DNA from: Nostoc sp. PCC 7120 = FACHB-418
GTDB taxonomy: Bacteria; Cyanobacteriota; Cyanobacteriia; Cyanobacteriales; Nostocaceae
Reading direction: 5' to 3'
Assembly: GCF_000009705.1 (NCBI RefSeq)
Contig: NC_003272.1
Coordinates: forward strand, 420,001 to 452,000
Length of the DNA: 32,000 nt
The translations under genes were made by a program, and so were the position numbers. How positions within the stretch are numbered: position 1 is the first letter of the stretch; every line of letters starts with the position of its first letter. Under the pieces are notes generated by a model, which had not been told where the DNA came from, did no database searches, and was given only the letters and a program-made list of their open reading frames with translations. This document shows, in pieces, positions 19,611 to 28,246 of this stretch.

Positions 19611-20383
19611 TCGAGGAAACCAAAGAATTGTAAACCTTCAATAATTCCACCTGCACAAAAGTTTTTTGCCAGGTAGCGATGGTCTGCGGGATACTCACTG
19701 TGCCACTGAAGCAACTCCGGTCGGGCATTCCCGACGATGATTCCCCTTTCGTTGCCCACAGCGAACAAAGCAATATCATTACCTGAATCACCACAGACAA
19801 CTGTTCTTTCTGCTGCAAATTTCCACTTTTGACGAAGAAACTGCATTGCCTGACCTTTATCGCTGTTTAATGGTACAATGTCAAGGTCTATACCGCTACT
19901 ATAAATTAACTTTATATTTAGTTTACATTTCGCTAACTCTGTCTCAAGTTGTGGTATGACCTTAAATGAGGCTTCTTGATGCAGAAAAAAACTGACTTTA
20001 AAAGGACGTTGTTCCGAGTCTGGTTGCAGCATTAATTCAGGAAATTTTTTAGTTACGGACAATACTAGTTCTCGATTCCAGCCATCGTTAAGAATTTCTG
20101 ACCAGTCAGAATCAGGATTACCACTACCATCAAGATAGATTTCCGTACCCACAGACAAAACTAACCCATCAGGTTCTATCAGGTTTTTTTCTACTTGCAG
20201 TTCTTTGTAAAGAATAGGCGATCGCCCAGTGGCATAAACTATCTTTGTGCCATATTCTTGACGATGGTGAGTGAGTATCTGGCTGAGTTCTGCCAGGGCT
20301 GCATCATTACCTACCAGAGTATGATCCAAATCGGTGACAAAAAGAAATGGCTTCATTATTTTGTTCCCAAATTCATAGGTCAA
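19607..20383 (-). CDS. spp: Sucrose-phosphate phosphatase (HAD-IIB hydrolase)
   Basis: 258-aa ORF. HAD motifs: [30 protein letters not shown]. Size and pattern fit cyanobacterial SPP, but substrate specificity cannot be proven from sequence alone. Confidence 0.7.
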   Translation of the reverse strand: MTYEFGNKIMKPFLFVTDLDHTLVGNDAALAELSQILTHHRQEYGTKIVYATGRSPILYKELQVEKNLIEPDGLVLSVGTEIYLDGSGNPDSDWSEILNDGWNRELVLSVTKKFPELMLQPDSEQRPFKVSFFLHQEASFKVIPQLETELAKCKLNIKLIYSSGIDLDIVPLNSDKGQAMQFLRQKWKFAAERTVVCGDSGNDIALFAVGNERGIIVGNARPELLQWHSEYPADHRYLAKNFCAGGIIEGLQFFGFLE

Positions 20384-20431
20384 GCATTCCGAGCTAATTT
20401 ACCAGATTTTGGTTCTTATGTATTCTCACCA

Positions 20432-20533
20432 GTGTAGGAGTGTGAGGGTGTAGGGGTGTAAGGGTGTAAGGGTGTGAGGGTGTAAGGGTGTGAGGGTGTA
20501 GGGTGTAAGGGTGTAGGGTGTAGGGTGTGAGGG
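20432..20533. repeat. STRR-type octamer tandem repeat (GTGTRAGG)n
   Basis: gtgtgagggtgtaggggtgtaagggtgtaagggtgtgagggtgtaaggg..., about 12 units, in the divergent intergenic region. Confidence 0.9.
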
Positions 20534-20619
20534 AAAAGAAATTTATTTTTACTCCTTCCTCTATACCCCCATTTTTCCTCGCTAAAATAACACAGAAAGA
20601 TGATTTAGGTTCTATATAA

Positions 20620-21081
20620 GTGCTGAAAAAATTTCGTTTTCATTTATTATTTGCACTTAGTTTAGTTTTTGTGATGGGAGTATATTACATCTCAGATTTT
20701 TTCGAGCGATCGCCTGTGGCAAGTTGTAATATCCCCTATGGTTTTATTCAGACAAAAGAGGCTAAATCCTATACATTTGCTGAAGAGATAGTTGTTCAAC
20801 CTTGGCGCGGTCAGCATCATGTATACGCTTTATTTCAGATTCCCGACGGCTACCAACATGAGTATTTATTTCGGCTAAAAATCCCAGGAGAACCTACTCA
20901 ATGTGGGGGATTAATGCCTCTTGATAAAAATGTTCTTGCTAGCATTCCCCGCAAGCAAGGTTACTATCCAGTTCGAGGATATTTAAATACTCGCATTGCT
21001 CTAAATCTGATGATCCAAGGTAAGCTCAATCAGTTAAAGCAACCACAAAACTGGCAGCTTGGTTATGTTAAAAATAACTAG
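20620..21081 (+). CDS. Hypothetical membrane-anchored protein
   Basis: 153-aa ORF with a GTG start and one N-terminal TM helix (HLLFALSLVFVMGVYYI). No recognisable family. Confidence 0.5.
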   Translation: MLKKFRFHLLFALSLVFVMGVYYISDFFERSPVASCNIPYGFIQTKEAKSYTFAEEIVVQPWRGQHHVYALFQIPDGYQHEYLFRLKIPGEPTQCGGLMPLDKNVLASIPRKQGYYPVRGYLNTRIALNLMIQGKLNQLKQPQNWQLGYVKNN

Positions 21082-21158
21082 TATAATGTGGCATAAATCA
21101 CTCATCTTTTACAAAGAAATTAACACCCTGAGAAAAATTTAATTATGAAATACGGTTG

Positions 21159-22367
21159 TTAAATTAACATTCCGGCAATACAAGCGGTAATAAAACCTGC
21201 CAACAATCCACCAATCATGCTTCTAACACCCATCCGGGCTAAATCATGTTGACGTTGAGGAGCCATTCCAGTAATACCGCCTATCGTAATCCCAATTGAA
21301 CCGATATTGGCAAAGTTACACAAAGCATAGGTAGCAATAATCACTGCCCTCTCAGAGATTTTTCCACTTTTGATTAAGTTTCCCAAATCTACATAAGCCA
21401 GAAACTCATTCAAAATTGTTTTCTTACCCAGTAGCGCCCCCACTTGCGCGCAATCGCTCCAAGGTACACCCATAAAAAACGCTACAGGAGCCATAATAAA
21501 AGACAAAATCCACTCTAAAGATAATTGTGGTAAACCAATATAAGACCCCAACCATCCAATTAGGGCATTAACAACAGCCAACAACCCCAAAAAGGCAATA
21601 ATCATTACCCCCACATTCACTGCTAGCTTTACACCGTCAATTGCGCCGCTAGCAGCCGCATCAATTACATTGACATAACCAGTCTCGCCTTCCATCTTTG
21701 CCTGACTAGCAGTTTCCGATACTTCCGTTTCTGGATAAAGTAATTTTGATACTACTAACGAGGTAGGAGCCGTCATAAAAAAAGCAGCAATTAAATGTTC
21801 TGGAGGTATTCCAAAAGACAAATAAGCACCCAGCACACCACCAGCAATTGTGGCAAAGCCTCCAGTCATCACCGCATGGAGTTCTGATTGGGTCATTTTT
21901 GCCACATAGGGTTTTACCATCAGTGCTGATTCTGTCGGCCCTAGAAAAATGTTACCAGCACAAGATAGAGATTCGGAACCAGAAGTTTTCATTGTCTTCA
22001 TCATCACCCATGCCAACCCATTGACCACCCTTGGTAAAATGCCGTAATAATACAAGACGTTAATGAAGGCAGAAAAAAAGATAATTGTCGGTAGTACTTG
22101 AAAGGCAAAAAAATGATCCTTAAAATTATCGCCAAAGACGAATTTTGCCCCCACATCTGAGAATGATAAAAAATGGCTGACTGTATCACCCAAAGACCTA
22201 AACACATTTAATCCCCAAGGTGTTTTGAGAATCACTAGCGCCAATACAAATTCCAAACCTAAACCCCAGGCTATAGTTCGCCAACGTACTGCGTCACGGC
22301 GAATAGACATAGCGTAGGATATACCAATGAAAACTAAAATTCCTAAAGCAGATATGGCACGTTCCAT
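21159..22367 (-). CDS. nupC: NupC/NupG-family concentrative nucleoside (CNT) transporter
   Basis: 402-aa polytopic ORF with CNT signatures: GAKFVFGDNF, FAFQVLPTIIFFSA, GNIFLGPTESALMVKPY, TIAGGVLGAY. Confidence 0.85.
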   Translation of the reverse strand: MERAISALGILVFIGISYAMSIRRDAVRWRTIAWGLGLEFVLALVILKTPWGLNVFRSLGDTVSHFLSFSDVGAKFVFGDNFKDHFFAFQVLPTIIFFSAFINVLYYYGILPRVVNGLAWVMMKTMKTSGSESLSCAGNIFLGPTESALMVKPYVAKMTQSELHAVMTGGFATIAGGVLGAYLSFGIPPEHLIAAFFMTAPTSLVVSKLLYPETEVSETASQAKMEGETGYVNVIDAAASGAIDGVKLAVNVGVMIIAFLGLLAVVNALIGWLGSYIGLPQLSLEWILSFIMAPVAFFMGVPWSDCAQVGALLGKKTILNEFLAYVDLGNLIKSGKISERAVIIATYALCNFANIGSIGITIGGITGMAPQRQHDLARMGVRSMIGGLLAGFITACIAGMLI

Positions 22368-22486
22368 GTAATTTTGCTTTTATACAAACATGGTCAAAAA
22401 GTATACATAAGAATTTGCTTTTTTGTTCAGTTTTGGGGGAAATTGAAACGCGGAGGATTGGTTATGGGTGATGAAGTGGGAATGAG

Positions 22487-23245
22487 ATGGTGAAGCTGTT
22501 GTTATTGAATTTATTGGCAAGTATTATATTTTACACAAATATCCCTCTGCCTTATATTAATGGCTTGGATTTTCAACGAGTGGCGCGGCTAGTCCCTACG
22601 GTGGGGTTAATTATTGGGGGGATTTTAGGGTTATTCGATGGAGGCATGAATTATCTGGGTATGCCCGTATTAACTCGTAGTGCCTTGGTGGTGGTACTGT
22701 GGATTTTTATCACTGGGGGGTTACATTTAGATGGGGCGATGGATACGGCTGATGGTTTGGCTGTGGGTGACCCAGAACGGCGGTTGGAAGTGATGGCGGA
22801 TAGTGCTACAGGTGCATTTGGAGCTATGAGTGCGATCGCTATATTATTACTAAAAACCTCTGCCCTCACAGAGATTGGGGAATACCGTTGGCTAGTATTA
22901 ATGGCTGCTTGTGGTTGGGGACGTTGGGGACAACAAGTGGCGATCGCCTGTTATCCTTATTTAAAAGCCACTGGTAAAGGCGCATTCCATAAACAAGCTA
23001 TTCGCTCATACAAAGATTTATTACCCGGATTATGCTTGATGTTTGCAATCAGTGGCTTATTTTGGCTAGTAAATAACCATCATCTATTGATATCAGTAGT
23101 GGTGTTAATTGCCGGGAGTGCGATCGCTACTTTAACAGCTGCATGGTTTAATCACAAATTAGGCGGACACACCGGCGACACCTACGGCGCAGTCGTCGAG
23201 TGGACAGAGGCTTTATTTCTCTGCGTACTCACCATACTCACATAA
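22487..23245 (+). CDS. cobS: Adenosylcobinamide-GDP ribazoletransferase (cobalamin synthase)
   Basis: 252-aa membrane ORF. CobS motifs: [32 protein letters not shown]. Confidence 0.85.
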
Positions 23246-23339
23246 CTTACCATGTAGGCAATAATTCTATCTGTGTTTATCTGCGTGCATCTGCGTTTAA
23301 TTTCATCCCAGTTTACTCATCAGCACAAACATAATGCGT

Positions 23340-23648
23340 TCATTCCTGTTTTTCAGTTTTCTGCTCTGTGGGTAAATCTAGATAACTGGATAGCCCCACA
23401 TCCAGGCTATCAGTTTCTCGGTTGGCTTGAATAACATCGCGCTGGATGTTTCGCAGCAGTTTGAATAACAGCCTGTCGGATATCTCACCAACTAGTAAAC
23501 TAGCTAAAAATACCCCCACTGTACAAATAATCACCGCAAACAAACCCAAGGGCGCAATAATTAAAATCACCCAAGTCACCGCCGCATTGACTATAGCTAC
23601 AATCCAGCTACGATATCGGACTAATTTTTTTGTGACAGATGCAGACAT
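23340..23648 (-). CDS. Hypothetical small membrane protein (2 TM), divergent from cas1
   Basis: 102-aa ORF with two hydrophobic helices (WIVAIVNAAVTWVILIIAPLGLFAVIICTVGVFLASLLV) and a charged C-terminus. No family recognised. Confidence 0.45.
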   Translation of the reverse strand: MSASVTKKLVRYRSWIVAIVNAAVTWVILIIAPLGLFAVIICTVGVFLASLLVGEISDRLLFKLLRNIQRDVIQANRETDSLDVGLSSYLDLPTEQKTEKQE

Positions 23649-23808
23649 AATCTTTGTCCTTGCTTGTTGATGAAAGTGGATTTATTCTGACATCCCTGTG
23701 GAAGTGGGATTTTCCATTAGGGGTGGAGAATGTAGACAAACTAAGAGAATTAACTTCCCCACTGTTACACGTATCTGTAAAGACTCGTAGTGTCTTTTCT
23801 TATAAGAG

Positions 23809-23814
23809 TATAAT
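23809..23814 (+). promoter_or_regulatory. Candidate -10 box for cas1
   Basis: Perfect TATAAT lies 22 nt upstream of the proposed cas1 ATG. No convincing -35 element. Confidence 0.2.
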
Positions 23815-23836
23815 CGCGTCTTTACTGTTTATCCAC

Positions 23837-24847
23837 ATGACGACACTTTATCTAACCGAACCAGGAACTATACTCCGTTATCGCAACGAGTCGTTAATTA
23901 TCATGAAGCAGGAAAAATCTCACAATTGTCGCCTAGCAGAAATCACGCTTATAGTTGTTTTACCAGGTGTTCAGTTGACCGATGTGGTGATTTCCCAATT
24001 ACTTGACCGGGGTATTGAAACGATATTTCTTCGTCAAGATGGACAATTTCGCGGTCGTCTCCAGGGACACTTTGCAACTAACATGACTATTCGTCTAGCT
24101 CAGTACCGCACTGTAGAAACTACATTTGGGATGGCGCTAGCACAAAAATTGGTGATTGGTAAAGTGCGTAACCAACGAGTTCTGCTACAACGGCGTAACC
24201 GCGCTACGAATGGACAGATTAGTGAATTAACCGAAGCAATTGATTTAATTAGCGTCTATGCTTCCCAGTTGAACAACACTACTACGCCGTTAAATCGTAA
24301 CGAACTTATGGGAGTTGAGGGAATTTGCGCTCGGACTTATTATCAAGCGCTTAAACATTGGTTTCCGACGCAGTGGAATTTTAACGGACGCAATCGCCGT
24401 CCACCATTAGACCCAATTAATGCGTTATTGAGTTGGGGATATGGCGTATTGTTAGCACGGGTGTTTTCTGCTTGTGTCCAAGCTGGACTTGACCCATATT
24501 TAGGATTTTTCCACGCTATTGAACCCTATCGCCCGAATTTAGTGCTGGATTTGATGGAAGAGTTTCGACCCGTGGTGGTAGACCAAGCCGTGATTTCTCT
24601 AATTCAGTCAGACTTATTAACCCAAGAAGATTTTCAGCCTTCCCCTGATGGTGTGGGTATTTGGTTGGGAACTATGGGAAAAAAGCTATTACTAGGAGAA
24701 TTAGAACGTCGCTTCCGCACCTCTGTACTTTATCCCCCACAAAATCGCCAATTGAGTTTGAATCAAATTTTACTGGAACAAGCCCGCAGTTTGGGACGCT
24801 GTTTATTACAGTCAAAGTTAGACTATGAAGCATTTGTTATCAAATGA
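23837..24847 (+). CDS. cas1: CRISPR-associated endonuclease Cas1
   Basis: Cas1 pattern: MTTLYLTEPG..., catalytic-region motifs LMGVEG, LGFFHA, LVLDLMEEFRP. The ORF is open from 23654, but ATG 23837 gives the usual length of about 336 aa. Followed by cas2 and a CRISPR array. Confidence 0.9.
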   Translation: MTTLYLTEPGTILRYRNESLIIMKQEKSHNCRLAEITLIVVLPGVQLTDVVISQLLDRGIETIFLRQDGQFRGRLQGHFATNMTIRLAQYRTVETTFGMALAQKLVIGKVRNQRVLLQRRNRATNGQISELTEAIDLISVYASQLNNTTTPLNRNELMGVEGICARTYYQALKHWFPTQWNFNGRNRRPPLDPINALLSWGYGVLLARVFSACVQAGLDPYLGFFHAIEPYRPNLVLDLMEEFRPVVVDQAVISLIQSDLLTQEDFQPSPDGVGIWLGTMGKKLLLGELERRFRTSVLYPPQNRQLSLNQILLEQARSLGRCLLQSKLDYEAFVIK

Positions 24848-24850
24848 AGA

Positions 24851-24941
24851 TGACTGATGACTGATGACTGTTGACTGATGACTGTTGACTGTTGACCGTT
24901 GACTGTTGACTGTTGACTGTTGACTGTTGACTAATGACTAA
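24851..24941. repeat. STRR heptamer tandem repeat (TGACTGW)x13 filling the cas1-cas2 intergenic space
   Basis: 13 consecutive 7-mers (TGACTGA / TGACTGT / TGACCGT / TGACTAA), counted directly. The tract carries stop codons in all three forward frames. Confidence 0.95.
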
Positions 24942-24954
24942 AAACCAATAACTA

Positions 24955-25239
24955 ATGACCAAACTTTATTTAGTGTGTTATGACATACCTGACGATAAGC
25001 GTCGGACTAAACTGGCTAAGTTAATAGAACAGCGCTGTCAACGAGTACAGTATTCCGTATTTGAATGTCCTTTAGAGGAGTCTGTTTTGAATTATCAGTT
25101 AGAGAAGCGTTGGCTACCCATACTGAAATTAAGTGAGGACAGTCTCAGGGTTTATCCTCTTGATGCTACAGCCAAGCAGCAAACAAGGGTCTATGGTGGT
25201 GAGCCTCCTTATGAACCACCAGATTATTTAATTTTGTAA
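24955..25239 (+). CDS. cas2: CRISPR-associated endoribonuclease Cas2
   Basis: 94-aa ORF with Cas2 signatures LYLVCYDIPDDKRRTKLAKL...RVQYSVFEC. Confidence 0.9.
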   Translation: MTKLYLVCYDIPDDKRRTKLAKLIEQRCQRVQYSVFECPLEESVLNYQLEKRWLPILKLSEDSLRVYPLDATAKQQTRVYGGEPPYEPPDYLIL

Positions 25240-25572
25240 CGTCTATACTCTGGTGAAAATGATGTTTTTAAAGGCTGAAACGCAAATTTTTACTAGGGCT
25301 TGGCAGTTTGTAACGGATTGTAAATGTCACTGCTAATTCGTCGCAGGGAGATATGACAAGCTAGGAAGAATAAATATGTGTAAATAAAAGTAAAGTTAGT
25401 AATTTAACCTTGACTACTGGAGTTTATTCGGTTAAATTGTCTATAAAGCTGAATTTTGGTAAAAAAGCTTTTGATTTATCACTACTGAGTGTATAAACTA
25501 CAATAGCTTTTGCGTACCTCGGCGCAACTGAACCTTGAAATCTAAATATAGTAATAGTTTCCAAAGGGTAGG
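25240..25572 (+). promoter_or_regulatory. CRISPR leader with a candidate promoter
   Basis: 333-nt AT-rich region between cas2 and the first repeat. Candidate promoter TTGACT (25410-25415), 17 nt, TAAATT (25433-25438). An alternative TATAAA lies at 25492-25497. Polarity is supported by repeat decay at the far end of the array. Confidence 0.55.
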
Positions 25573-27853
25573 GTTACTTACCATCACTTCCCCGCAAGGG
25601 GATGGAAACTCCATGAACCTCTCCCCGCTGACCCGCGCGTCCCGTTACTTACCATCACTTCCCCGCAAGGGGATGGAAACAAAAAGCATCTAAAAGGCTG
25701 AAGGATTTACCAGAAGAGGCGAGTTACTTACCATCACTTCCCCGCAAGGGGATGGAAACCCACTCTCGTGCTGCATCGGAGCGGAAGCACAGGCCCGTGG
25801 GAGCTCGGTTACTTACCATCACTTCCCCGCAAGGGGATGGAAACGCGCGCTGCCGCGCCGCCGTGCGCGACAGGCCGCGGTGCCGCCGCAGGTTACTTAC
25901 CATCACTTCCCCGCAAGGGGATGGAAACCCATTGGCAAAGGCGCGGCACCGGACACCCTGGCGACGGAATGGTTACTTACCATCACTTCCCCGCAAGGGG
26001 ATGGAAACTAACGACTGCGATGATCTAGTCGCGGACTAAAAGTTTCCATCAAGTTACTTACCATCACTTCCCCGCAAGGGGATGGAAACTCGCCGGACAG
26101 GATGCGCACCTGCCATCCTCGCGCGCGCAGGTTACTTACCATCACTTCCCCGCAAGGGGATGGAAACTGGGAAGGATGTATTCCTAGAACTCCAGAAGAG
26201 AGAATAGAAGAAAGTTACTTACCATCACTTCCCCGCAAGGGGATGGAAACCTCCTCGGCCTGGGCGGGCGGCAGGATGCCTTCAAATGGGTTACTTACCA
26301 TCACTTCCCCGCAAGGGGATGGAAACGTTGGCGGATCTGATGTTCGATGATCTGGGAATAGAGTTACTTACCATCACTTCCCCGCAAGGGGATGGAAACG
26401 TCTAGCTGAAGAGGTAGCCAAAGGTAATCCTGATGCTATATCTGTTACTTACCATCACTTCCCCGCAAGGGGATGGAAACGACCTGTATAATTCATATTC
26501 ATTGTGATATCTTCCACTTTTACAAGTTACTTACCATCACTTCCCCGCAAGGGGATGGAAACGTGAAGTACCCGGCGAGCTGCGACGAGTGCGGCAGCTG
26601 CGCCGAGTTACTTACCATCACTTCCCCGCAAGGGGATGGAAACTATCAAACTTATATAAACACAGCAAAGCTATCCTATGGTTACTTACCATCACTTCCC
26701 CGCAAGGGGATGGAAACGTAATAGCAACTCGTATGTATCTTGAAGAAACTCACCCTTCTGAGGTTACTTACCATCACTTCCCCGCAAGGGGATGGAAACG
26801 TCCTGGGTGAACTCCAGGCCCAGGCCGAGGTGTTTTTTGGCGTTACTTACCATCACTTCCCCGCAAGGGGATGGAAACCTCGGAGGTGCAGTATGGCGGG
26901 ATCAACGATCGCCGCGGCGTGGCTGGTTACTTACCATCACTTCCCCGCAAGGGGATGGAAACTCCATTCGCCCATACGTCGGTAGCACCAGGCAAACACA
27001 GAGGTTACTTACCATCACTTCCCCGCAAGGGGATGGAAACGTTTGTATGGACGGCCATACAGATCGCCGATGGAAGTTACTTACCATCACTTCCCCGCAA
27101 GGGGATGGAAACTTTATCCTTGCAATCCATACCTCCGTTTGCTGTAGGTTACTTACCATCACTTCCCCGCAAGGGGATGGAAACACAAACTAATTTACCA
27201 AATTACTCCACAAGAAATTGTGGAGTTACTTACCATCACTTCCCCGCAAGGGGATGGAAACTGTCCCTATCCAAAATACTCCTTTTTTATAAGGGTTACT
27301 TACCATCACTTCCCCGCAAGGGGATGGAAACCGTAAGGCCAAGCTATGAAGTAGGCAAAGTTAAATTTGTTACTTACCATCACTTCCCCGCAAGGGGATG
27401 GAAACCTCAAGTGCTTTAGATGTTAATTTAGTTAGTCCACTAACGATGTTACTTACCATCACTTCCCCGCAAGGGGATGGAAACTTGGCTGAGTCAGATC
27501 TAATTGCCAGTCCAATAACTTCAGTTACTTACCATCACTTCCCCGCAAGGGGATGGAAACACAACACATTCACGGTGTTTCACAATCGCCACATAGTCAG
27601 TTACTTACCATCACTTCCCCGCAAGGGGATGGAAACACCTCTTTTACAACATCTGCCCAGGCTTCGCGGAAACTGAAGAGTTACTTACCATCACTTCCCC
27701 GCAAGGGGATGGAAACCGTTCTTTTAAATGACGCAGAGTATTATCTACAATTAGTTACTTACCATCACTTCCCCGCAAGGGGATGGGTGCGACTCTAGGC
27801 ATAGCCAAGTCAGTAGGCAAGCCAAGCTTACTTACCCACAAGGGGGCGGAAAT
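25573..27853 (+). CRISPR. CRISPR array with 28 perfect 37-nt repeats, one 3'-degenerate repeat and one truncated remnant; 29 spacers of 33-48 nt
   Basis: Repeat GTTACTTACCATCACTTCCCCGCAAGGGGATGGAAAC has an internal CCCC-GCAA-GGGG hairpin and a 3' ATGGAAAC handle. First repeat is 25573-25609. Repeat 29 (27754-27790) ends GGGTGC instead of GGAAAC. Remnant CTTACTTACCCACAAGGGGGCGGAAAT is at 27827-27853. Repeat shape resembles Cas6-processed type III / I-D cyanobacterial repeats. Confidence 0.97.
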
Positions 27854-27927
27854 TAAAAGATATAGCTGTTACCAGTAGTGTTAGAACATCAATAGATGAT
27901 ACAACCTAGACACAACAAGACTTTTCA

Positions 27928-27960
27928 CCCAGTACCCAGTCCCCAATCCCCAATCCCCAG
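27928..27960. repeat. STRR heptamer repeat (CCCAGTN / CCCCAAT)
   Basis: cccagtacccagtccccaatccccaatccccag, read directly. Confidence 0.8.
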
Positions 27961-28080
27961 CTATATGATTGAGCGATCGCCAGAATTTGGATAAAATAAT
28001 TGACGGGACTATAATTTTGGGCGTTGCATAAATGCGGGATGAATTGAGACTTTTTTGTAAAGCAGAATATTGATTCTACC

Positions 28081-28228
28081 CTGCGGGAACGCCTTGCGGC
28101 GAATGCGTCTTTGCGCCTTTGCAGACATACTTTAAGGAAATCTCCCCGCTAAATTCCACTGCGGGAACGCCTTGCGGCGAATGCGTCTTTGCGCCTACCG
28201 CAAGCGGAACGCCTGGCGGCGAATGCGT
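28081..28228. repeat. Three copies of a GC-rich dispersed repeat
   Basis: CTGCGGGAACGCCTTGCGGCGAATGCGTCTTTGCGCCT occurs at 28081-28118 and identically at 28159-28196. A partial diverged copy, GCGGAACGCCTGGCGGCGAATGCGT, lies at 28204-28228. Confidence 0.85.
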
Positions 28229-28246
28229 GAGACAAAAATCATCCCA

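Noticed and set aside
19603-20437. ORFs 19603-19818 (-) and 20195-20437 (+)
   Set aside because: They are alternate-frame or antisense overlaps with the sucrose-phosphate phosphatase gene, which is supported by HAD motifs.
22368-22486. Possible cobalamin riboswitch or NtcA site (GTC-N8-TAC at about 22403-22416) upstream of cobS
   Set aside because: The gap is only 119 nt, too short for a typical B12 riboswitch, and I see no B12-box-like conserved core. The NtcA-like motif has a mismatch and no properly spaced -10 that I can justify.
22004-22869. ORFs 22004-22207 (-) and 22651-22869 (-)
   Set aside because: The first is an alternate frame inside nupC. The second is antisense within cobS. Neither has independent support.
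23654-23836. 61-aa in-frame N-terminal extension of cas1, and repeat-like fragments (GGAAGTGGGATTTTCCATTAGGGGTGGAGAA at about 23699-23729, ACTTCCCC at about 23753-23760) that might be a decayed CRISPR repeat upstream of cas1
   Set aside because: The extension has no Cas1 similarity, while a canonical Cas1 N-terminus starts at ATG 23837. Similarity to the repeat is limited to 8-nt words and needs indels to align, which is consistent with chance.
25270-25702. 10-nt identity AAAGGCTGAA between the leader (25270-25279) and spacer 2 (25693-25702)
   Set aside because: The match is short and AT-rich, and many pairwise comparisons are implicitly made. There is no extension of the match on either side.
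25724-27798. About a dozen ORFs on both strands across 25.7-27.8 kb with recurring peptides LLTITSPQGDGN, YLPSLPRKGMET and VTYHHFPARGWK
   Set aside because: These are the three-frame translations of the 37-nt CRISPR repeat, which contains ATG and no stop in the forward frames. They are not genes.
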